A stretch of DNA of 64,000 nt from Dimorphilus gyrociliatus (Eukaryota > Animalia > Annelida), in assembly GCA_904063045.1 (NCBI GenBank), contig CAJFCJ010000021.1, positions 868,001 through 932,000 of the forward strand, given 5' to 3'. The translations under genes were made by a program, and so were the position numbers. The notes beneath the pieces were generated by a model. It was not told the origin of the DNA. It did no database searches and saw only the letters and a list, made by a program, of their open reading frames with translations. How positions within the stretch are numbered: position 1 is the first letter of the stretch; each line of letters opens with the position of its first letter. Shown in pieces: positions 55,172 to 64,000 of this stretch.

Positions 55172-56141
55172 GGTTTTCTTTCTTTCCTTTTCTGTCTTGT
55201 CTTCAGTGAAGATTTAAGCGAATGATGATCTACAGACAGTCTTCAGCACTTTATATACCCTCTTCTCTTACCGCCAACATCTGCTGAATGTTGCTATTTA
55301 AATAGTGAAATATTTAATTTAGTCATTTTTTTTTATATAAAATATAAAGAAACGTTTTCTTACAAATAGAATTCTTTTACTTTTTCATCATAAAAGATTC
55401 TTTATTCGGAATAAATAAAGAAAAAATTTCTAGACTATTCTCTTTACATTTTTTTTATATATAGAAATATATGACGCAAAACGTTGAAGTGCAACAAAAT
55501 AGAAACGCAACGATGCTTAATGTAAAAATCTTTTGAGGAGATACTTTGAACAAGCCACGGCTATCAAACCATCATTTGTGTCATAAAAGCGAGTGGGAGC
55601 TAGCAATGAAAGTGCTATAAACGTCTATATCTACTGTATAAATTTATACAGTATATGTATAGTATATAGAGGTTAATTTCTTTTCACTTTAAACTACTAC
55701 TACAACATCATCAACAACAACTACTACTACTGCTTCTACTATCGGTAAACCCTATTTACAGAAGAACCCTTATCAACACGTTTCTTTCAATCTCTCTTAA
55801 TCAACGTTTAATTCATTAAAAGTTACCGACAACAAAAGAAGTCTTCAAATGGTTGATTTGAACAAGAATAACTAGTGCCCTCCTTTAACAGCCGTCTTTT
55901 TTCTATCCTATAAACTCTTGTAAAATAGGATACTTAATAGAGGAATAATATTTAATATTTAACTCTAATGAAATTATTTAGTGTCACGTAAGTAATTTAT
56001 TTGTTCAGCTTATCAATAAAACAAAATTGCATACAGCCTATCATCAAACAAATTATATACATCATTCAATGAAAAATGTAGCATATATAATTTATTAAAA
56101 GTTATAAGACGTCTTTTTTTACAACAATCGCAAGATTTTCA

Positions 56142-59100
56142 TCAAGTAAATACAGCTGTTTCCAAAGTTCTCTTAACAAAATATCCATACGCCTCAATGT
56201 CCGTAGTCGTATTTTCACCATTCAATATTCCATATTCAGCCGGAATTATAAAAAATGAACAAACGCTTTTCTTGCGCTAAAATAGAAATCAAAACGGTTG
56301 TATTGGCAATATATAATTGTGGTTGTAGTTATTGTCCTAAATTTTACGTGAATAAAGAGATAAAACCTCAAAATATATCATCGATTCGTTAATATTTCCA
56401 CTTAGTGTAAATCCATAAGAATGACAATGCTTTAATGCTACTATGCAATCTTTTAAGCAACCAACAAACGACTTTATCTCGAATTTCATCATCTCACCAC
56501 CTAAACTATGAAGAAACTTCTCTGCATGCCCAGTTGCCAAATGATTATCATAAAAGCTATTTATAAATTCTAAATCTATTTAACAAAATAAAAAGCAACC
56601 CTTGACACAAGCAATTGTTAAATCTACAGAATAAAGATGAAAAGAGGGGAAACAATTGTTTTACATACTTTCCTTTTCAACTCTGGCTATTAAATTTTCC
56701 TTTCCTTCATTTCTATATCAAAAAAAAGTCTTTGAATTAATTAATATCTCATTAGCCGATTACCGACTAATTGCTAACAAACAACATATACGGTCTCTAC
56801 TTACTCTCTAACAATCTCTTCTAAACGTTTCTTCCGTTTCAGTTTTAACATTTCACCAAAGTAGTAAAAATATGGGTTAATAATTGAATTAATCGGAGCA
56901 AACACAATCACAATCCAAGTATAGGCTTCGTTACTAAAATATAATTCAACGAATAAAGATGTTATACCTAAAATTGAAAACAATTAACAACAACCCAAAT
57001 TCAAAAAACTAACAATAAACTACAATAATTTACCCATCAGAGATATCGGAAGCCAACATAATACATTTGATAATGTTATCCAATAAATAGATTGCGAAAT
57101 AAATACTTTTTCTTTATTTATACTAATAAAACTCCTATTTCGCTGATTAATTAATTTTATGACGCAAATGTACACTATTGAGTTAATTATTGCTATCAAA
57201 AACATTAGTATTCCATAAATGGCGAATGAATACAACGTATCCTCATCTTTATTGCTCCGGACTTGAAGTTTAAAACATATTGGCGAATTGTTTAAAAAGT
57301 TCTGAAAAGTTGGTAAAACAAACACCAATCCATTGTTATAGAAAACATCTTTATCGTTAACAATTAAACAGTTGACGTTACCTCGTAGAACAAGATAGGA
57401 AAAATAGCCAGCGCTAAACTCACACACAGTAAGCTAATGGTACTTGCGCTCACAACTTTAATACCTAAACGAGGATTCAAAGGAAATTTGATGGCGTAGA
57501 ATCTTTCGAAACTTATACACAGAAGATTCAACGACGAGTATAATACAGAAAAGTTCATCATTGAACCCAAAAATTTACAAAACAATCCCGAAGTCCACGC
57601 TTGTTCGTACTCGAAAAATTTCCCTCTGAAATAGACGTCCGCCGAACCAACAATCATTAAGTACAAACAAGTAATTAGGTCGGCAAAAGACATTGAAATG
57701 TAAAAGAAATGCGTAGGTCTCCTGAAATGGAATATCCTGAACAAAAGCGATAAAGAATTACCCACAATTCCACAAATTGCGTAAAGCCATAGAATCACTT
57801 TCAGAGCATTGGACGCCAAAAGATCGGAACAAGTGTTGAATAGAGAAGTGGAAGGAAAACACGATTCGATAGATTTCAAATACTTCCACGCAAAGCAACA
57901 CAAAATGAAATATTCGCTTTTCACTATCTTTACACTTTTCAAATTTGAAATGAGAGTTTTCACGTTTTCCATTGGAAATTTCGTTTCCGACAAATCCAAC
58001 TTATGGAGGCGATTCTCCCTCAGAAACCAATTGTCCATCTGCTTTATTGCGCAACCTCTAAGCAAAAGTACAACCAACTTAGCCAAATTGGCGAATGCGT
58101 CTATCGACAGAGAATTTATCTTGGTAAAAGATAAATCAAAGTATCTGACATTCGAGAAATATTTCCCGCTCAACAATTCAGTTAGAGGATTAAACGACAA
58201 ATCCAAATGTTGCAAAAGAACATTCGGAATTTTCATAACGTTTTTCATAGATTCAAGTTTGTTTCGTTTCAAATTCAACAAAACCAAATTTGGCGCGTCA
58301 AAGTGAGCGATGAAATCTCGTATATTGCAATTTTGTATTTGAATACTCGCCAGACTGTTCGATTGGAAATTGCCGTTCAATTGTCTGTAATTTTCAATCA
58401 ATAGTTGTTTAGTTCCTCTCAGATGATTAACGAGAGATAAATGAAGAGTTTGATATTGATTGGAGGATGTGCAAGAGAGATTATAGGCGGGTGACAATGA
58501 ACAATGGGGCGGATAATCGTTAGTGCGATTAGGACAGAAGACTTCGTCATTAGCATATTTGCAATTGATAATACCGTCACACACTTTTGTCATCTTTAAA
58601 TATAACAATTGATTTTTACATTTGAAAAATCCGCTTGGTCGAAAATCATCTTTATTCGAAGAAAGAATGCAAATGAATACAACTTGGCCAATGTGTTGCC
58701 GACTACAGATTATTACCGCAATGTAGCTCGTCTTCATTATACCAACAATGATTGATACCGTCGCAAACCTGTTCGATTGAAATACAGTATTTCGCAGTTT
58801 GGCATAGAAATTCGCCTTTATCGCATGATTGTTTTTCACAGTTTGCCAAATCTGAAAGTGGATAAAGTTTTGCGTTGGAATTTCCATTGGAATTATATTT
58901 CAAATTGCATGTTTTTTGATATTTTGAACTATGATAAAAGGAATTGAAATTTTAATAACTCGGTAATGATTAAATTATTACCGTAATTGATAAGTTTGTT
59001 TCAAGATACCGTAACAACTGTCCCAGTCCTCATCTTCGAAATCAAGACAGTTGTAGACCATATTACACTTGTACGATAAATTTATACAGGTTTTGTCGCA

Positions 59101-62100
59101 ATAAAACTGATGCTGAGGATTACATTCTAACGGAACGGACGACTGTTATCTATAAATTATCGTCTAAATATGTTCACCTTCGTACTGCTTTGAATATTTG
59201 AGCCGTTTCTACGTATTTGAAAGTTAATGCATTTCTCATCGGTGAGATCGAAACAATTTCTTTCGTCGTTGCAGACATCTTTCAACTTTAGACATTGTCC
59301 ATTTGCGCAGGAACTGTTGATCGTGTTAGGTTTATTGGCCGAATAATCTTTCTACTACGAAGTTGGTTACCTTTCTGCTTGGCTACACCTTAATTTTTCT
59401 TTTTAAAGATATTTGAAATAAGGAATTTGTGAATAGATTCGAATGATAAAGATAAGATGTTTATATTACTGCAAAAACGCTCGTCTGATTTATCGGCACA
59501 GTCATGTTGAAAGTCGCAAAAGAATTGTATCGGTATTCTTTGATTAGAGGAGGGACAATGAAAGTGTTGATTAGGAGGACAATTAATTTCATCTTCTCCC
59601 GAGAAGCAATCATTTTCACCGTCGCAAACGTTAATGTAGCTTATGCATATTTCATCTCTGATGCAATGGAAACTAGATTGCGGACATTGAACCGATATAT
59701 GTGTATAAATATTCCAATTGTGGAGGGAACTCTTCGAAGAGGCTGTTGTAACGTTAAAGTGAATTTCATTAATAATCAAACCAAATTGAACAATCGCCGA
59801 CAAACCGAAAGATTTTTGACAAAGGAACGGAGCGTCACTTTTTGCAAAGCAAGAAGTGGATACTTTTTTAAAAGTTATCGAGATTATTCTTGCATCGAAA
59901 AATCTTCTCCTTACGTAAAGGCATTTACTCGTTTTATCGATAGTTATCGGTGCTCTATATAAGAAAAGTGAAAACATCCTAGATCTTATAGTCTCTTCAC
60001 TTTTGTCTTTCGTAATATTTATCTTCTGCAAAGTGAATTAATGGATTAATTACACTTATTATTGACTGTGTTTGAATAAATGCAACAAGTTTTCCATTAC
60101 AATATAGTCGATATACGACGATAACAGCTCCAATGGTTTATTTGTCTGAGTTGTTAGAACCTTCTTCCCTTCGGAGTTGGACACTTCCTTCAAAACTGAA
60201 ATTGCGAATGAACTAATACTTTTGACTCGTTAATTGTGTTTGTTGTTTACTAGCAGGATGACTTAGCAGCAGTGTCTCGCCGCCTAGAATAGTAAAATAG
60301 TTAACCACCAATTTAGAGTTTGTATTTGACGGATTGCCGTATGGCAAAGAGAACTCTAAAAAGAATAAATAACTATAAACATGGACTGGAAAATTTAACG
60401 GTTCGTCTAAAAGAGTAAGATTCTTTTCTCTGCAGAATCTATCCATATCCAGTATGGTCATCTTGTCTTTCGGTTTGATTAAGTAATAGCATGTATCTAA
60501 TATTTTGTGACTATATTCGTATTTACAATCTGCGACAGTTACTTCAAAATTTTACAGTATTCGTTAGTATGTAAGGCCCCTTACCCATCGTCTTACGCCT
60601 AACGCATCTGATTAGGAATGTATTAGTTATTCTTACTAATTCACTTTGAATATTAAAACAATGAAATGTTATGAGAGTATCTTTTCTATTAGAGATTATC
60701 TTTCTACTTACTTGTCGTAGGCACTGAAACCAGGAAATTCTCTTCTTGTTTGTTTACAATTTTCCAGTAAGGTATCATTTCTTTCGCAGTTTAACTCGAA
60801 CAATTTATAAAACGCGCCGTAATTGTCGAATGCAGCATCGAAAGGTACTAGTGTACCCGATAGAAATCCGAAATGTTGACATATTAGATCCACCTCAAAA
60901 TCTTGCATTGAATTTACAGAAAATCCAATCCAATGCTTTGAACTATAAGACTGAAGAGAGCCCTGATATTCTTTTACATGTTTATCAACTCTTTCGTACA
61001 GGTGATACTTTTGTTTATTGTATAATCTAAACTTTTTATCTAGAAAGAGAAAGTAAAAGAGACGATGAAAGAAAATTATTCTATCGGCTCAACGGCAAAA
61101 TGATAAAAAGAATACAATCGACTTTTTATAGATTCATCATCTTTCAAGCAAGGAATGTTGAAGAAGTAGGTATCGTAAGAAGGATTTTGTATTGAACAAG
61201 AAATGAAATCTTCGCCATCCTTAATACAATTTGTAAACGTCAAATTATTCGTCATATTTCTCTGTCACATACAGTATTACAGCAATTATAGTATAAACTA
61301 AACTTCATAAAAAAATGGACGCAGTAAATTTTGATAGGCCAACTTTTAATTAACAGTTAAAATTGTTTTTTCGCTGTAAATTATTGTTTTTGGTCTAAAT
61401 TTCTATAAAAAAAGGGTTATACTTACGTCATTTTCATCAATTTTTTATTTATTTGGCCGCACTTCATAATTATTGGAACGGTCACTTGACATCTGATTTG
61501 GCATTCAAATAGATGTTGCAAAAAACATTTTTTTCAACATCTTTGATTTTCTAAGTTATCTTTATCAATTAATTGTTAATTTCATTTATATTACTTTATT
61601 TTTATTGTACTTTTTTAAATATGACGTGGAGTAAAGACATTAGGGAGCTTGTATTCAAGAAATACAATGAATTACAAAAACTACAAGCCACTGCATGAGC
61701 TTTAGGAATGGCACCCTCTTCTGTTAGCAATGTTTTAAGGTATCAAACACCAGAAGAGGAGAATAGAGGTTGTCCAAAGAAACTTATGGAGAGAGATATA
61801 GGCAGGATGAAGAGGGCTATACAGCAAATGAAAATAAATAAGGAGAGGGTGACAGCAAGAAAAATTTTGAAAGAGTTAGATGTAGATGTTAGCCTATTAA
61901 CCATTCAAAGGGAGCTGAAAAAACAAAAATTTAGGTATAAGTGAGTTAGCCAAACAACAAATCTTACAAAAAATAATTGCAAGAGGAGAAAAAGTTTCTG
62001 TCTTCAGATGATCAGTGATAATCTAGACTGGTCTAAAGTAATTTTCACCAATGAGGCTAGATTCTCACTGAGTGGGCCAGATGATTTTTGTACATGGACC

Positions 62101-64000
62101 AAAGATGGTGAAAAAGATTTCAGAGTGACGAAAAATATGGGCAGAGGTGGAGTAATGGTCTGGGGACTGATAATATTTGATGGAATATTCGAGATTTGGT
62201 GGAAAAGGAAAAGGCTTAATGGTGAAAATTACAGCTGTTTTATTGTGGAAGATGTCCTTCCTGTTATCAAAGAGATTGAGGCAAAAATGGGGAGGAAATA
62301 CATCTTCCAGCAAGATAATGCTGGGTGCCACACAGCGAGGATGACTAAAGAGCCTTTCAAATGAATGATATCCATCCTCTTGATTGGCCAGCAAAGAGCC
62401 CCAACCTCAGCATAATTCAAATCCGAGGATGAATTGTGGAAAAAAATTGAAAAATGCTCGTATGAGCTTATAAAAGAGCAGCCAGGGTTGTTACCATGTC
62501 CAAATGATGGAATGGGGCATAGAATCAGGCGATGTATCGAAAAAGAGGGTAGTCATATTCAAAAATGAGAATAATAGGAACATTTTTGTTGGTTTTCCAA
62601 TTATTATGAAGTGCGGCCAAATAAGAAAAAAGAAATCAATAAAACAGTACATAATATAAACAAAAAAAAAATGATGTAAAATCTTACCTAAATCGTATTT
62701 GAAAGAAAATTAATATATAAATTTAAGCTTCATCTAACATTTTATGAAGAAAAAAATTAAAAAAAAATCTTTTTTCTTTGTGAAAAACATTTTTAATATG
62801 TTGGCCTATTCAAAATTCGACATGTTCCAATTTTTATGAAGTTTACTTTATACAGTATATATACTTGTAATCGTAGTTTTATTTCGGTTACTTTTGAACC
62901 GCAAAATCCGTATTCCTATTAATTGATGGGTATTTGATATAAGAGGATAATTATAGGCTTCGTAAAACTATACTACAACCTCATTTTCCCTGCTATTTGT
63001 TAAATTAGCAATACTCCCGTCAAGTTTCATTGATAATTTCCTACAAATCTTGTCACCAATTTTTAATTTTGACTCTTCAACATCGTCGTTCGAAAGGTTT
63101 ATTGATAAAGAATTAAATGAATTCCTATAGATAAACTGTTCGGTTGATACGATTAAAAAATTAACAAATCTCTCTTCAAAAGAAATATGAATATATAGGT
63201 AGATAATATAGGTGAAAATTAGGTCACTACTCGTTTGAACTAACCCTTAACCTCTCCTCCTGGGAAACATTCTGCAAAGTTCTCTTTATTTGTTGTCTTA
63301 TTTAATTGTTGAAAGAGAGGAATTTGAGTGAAAAATCCACCGATATGTTTAACTTCGTGAGAGATTGTTTGGCTCTGTAAACTGGTAAACAGAGCTTTAC
63401 TACATATCTCTTCATTTCTTTGCAATTGATAGGAAATACGATAATTTATCTCATTCCACCTTACCAGTGCAAGAAATTGATTTGAACGTTTGTTTTCTTG
63501 TATATAAACATCTGCATGTTTTTATATGAGAATTTCTATTATCGTTATCTTCGTTAAAAATAGCCAAAGCTTACTTACAAGGAGAATTCGCAATTGCGCA
63601 TTTTATACAAACAGATGCATATTTCGTACCTTCATCGTTTTCCACATAATTACTGAATGACAGAAATGTAAAAGGGAACATTCAATCAATCGATCAATCA
63701 ACCTCTTTTGGATTTGTAGAGGACAATACAACTTACAACTCGCAGCAACTTTTCATGTTGTACGACTTGAGAAGAAAGTAGTTGTTATCTTCCGGATCTT
63801 TGACTAACCATAAATGAGATAAACATGAATAAAATGGACACAAGTTGTCGCAAAATGTTTGCCCACTTACGTTTTGAAGAGGGACAAAGAAAAACTTGAT
63901 GATAGAGACTATCATATCCAAATTGAGAGCAAAATTTTCCGTAAAAGTGACGTCTACATTTCTCGTATTTCAGTGGATATTTCAAATTAAATTGCCCTAA
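56142..64000 (-). CDS. GRL101-like LDLa/LRR-containing GPCR (type C LGR) with SRCR-like and C-type-lectin-like N-terminal modules and a kinase-like tail; 5' end at or beyond the window edge
   Basis: Multi-exon. SRCR-like (HWIG...DLICQHFGF, 60710-61040), CTLD-like (DTCYYL...FCREKN...PFLCQK), at least six LDLa repeats (e.g. VCDGENDCFSGEDEINC), LRRs, hinge CCF...CSDLL, and 7TM with GN, ADL, WTSGLFC, ERF, CWLP and NSIINPYFY. Terminal exons are 56712-56669, 56575-56367 and 56276-56142. Exons above 63240 are tentative. Confidence 0.85.
61289..62855 (+). mobile_element. Tc1/mariner DNA transposon, IR/DR type, non-autonomous (1567 bp)
   Basis: TA flanks at 61287-61288 and 62856-62857. Imperfect terminal IRs (TAGTATAAACTAAACTTCATAA vs CTGTATAAAGTAAACTTCATAA) and inner inverted copies at 61449-61479 and 62595-62624. 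Contains a transposase remnant. Confidence 0.9.
61621..62568 (+). pseudogene. Tc1-family transposase pseudogene
   Basis: HTH and RGCPKKL, WSKVIFTNEARF (first catalytic D>N), GGVMVWG, FQQDNAGCH and DWPAKSP. In-frame TGA stops at 61696, 61942 and 62362, and a deletion across the catalytic E region. Confidence 0.9.

Noticed and set aside
57809-59962. Plus-strand ORFs of 65-165 aa
   Set aside because: They are antisense shadows of the GPCR exons, like those opposite STPG2, Ran, ADAR, the CUB genes and the RING gene.
1-64000. CRISPR arrays, operons or other prokaryotic systems
   Set aside because: The sequence is spliceosomal-intron-containing eukaryotic DNA, and no repeat-spacer array is present.

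Overview
AT-rich animal (metazoan) genomic DNA with dense microsatellites and mostly short (about 55-100 nt) GT-AG introns. It looks like a compact invertebrate genome, possibly a lophotrochozoan or annelid (inference only). The first 13 kb is nearly gene-free except for a two-exon Mpr1-like GNAT acetyltransferase. Next come a CARD-like/coiled-coil gene, STPG2 head-to-head with Ran, and two tandem Sulfotransfer_3-type sulfotransferases plus an inverted pseudogenised third copy. These are followed by a disordered protein with three TQT motifs, PIGZ, and a small single-dsRBD ADAR with intact catalytic motifs. The window also holds six small single-CUB transmembrane genes (three with PPxY tails, one frameshifted), three tRNA-Val(AAC) genes, one tRNA-Lys(CTT), small secreted PAN/apple and F5/8C proteins, and a RING protein. 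It ends in a 5'-incomplete GRL101-like LDLa-LRR GPCR with SRCR- and C-type-lectin-like modules and a degenerate kinase-like C-terminal tail; a dead IR/DR Tc1 transposon sits in one of its introns. All gene models were spliced by hand, and family calls rest on motif recognition, not database searches.
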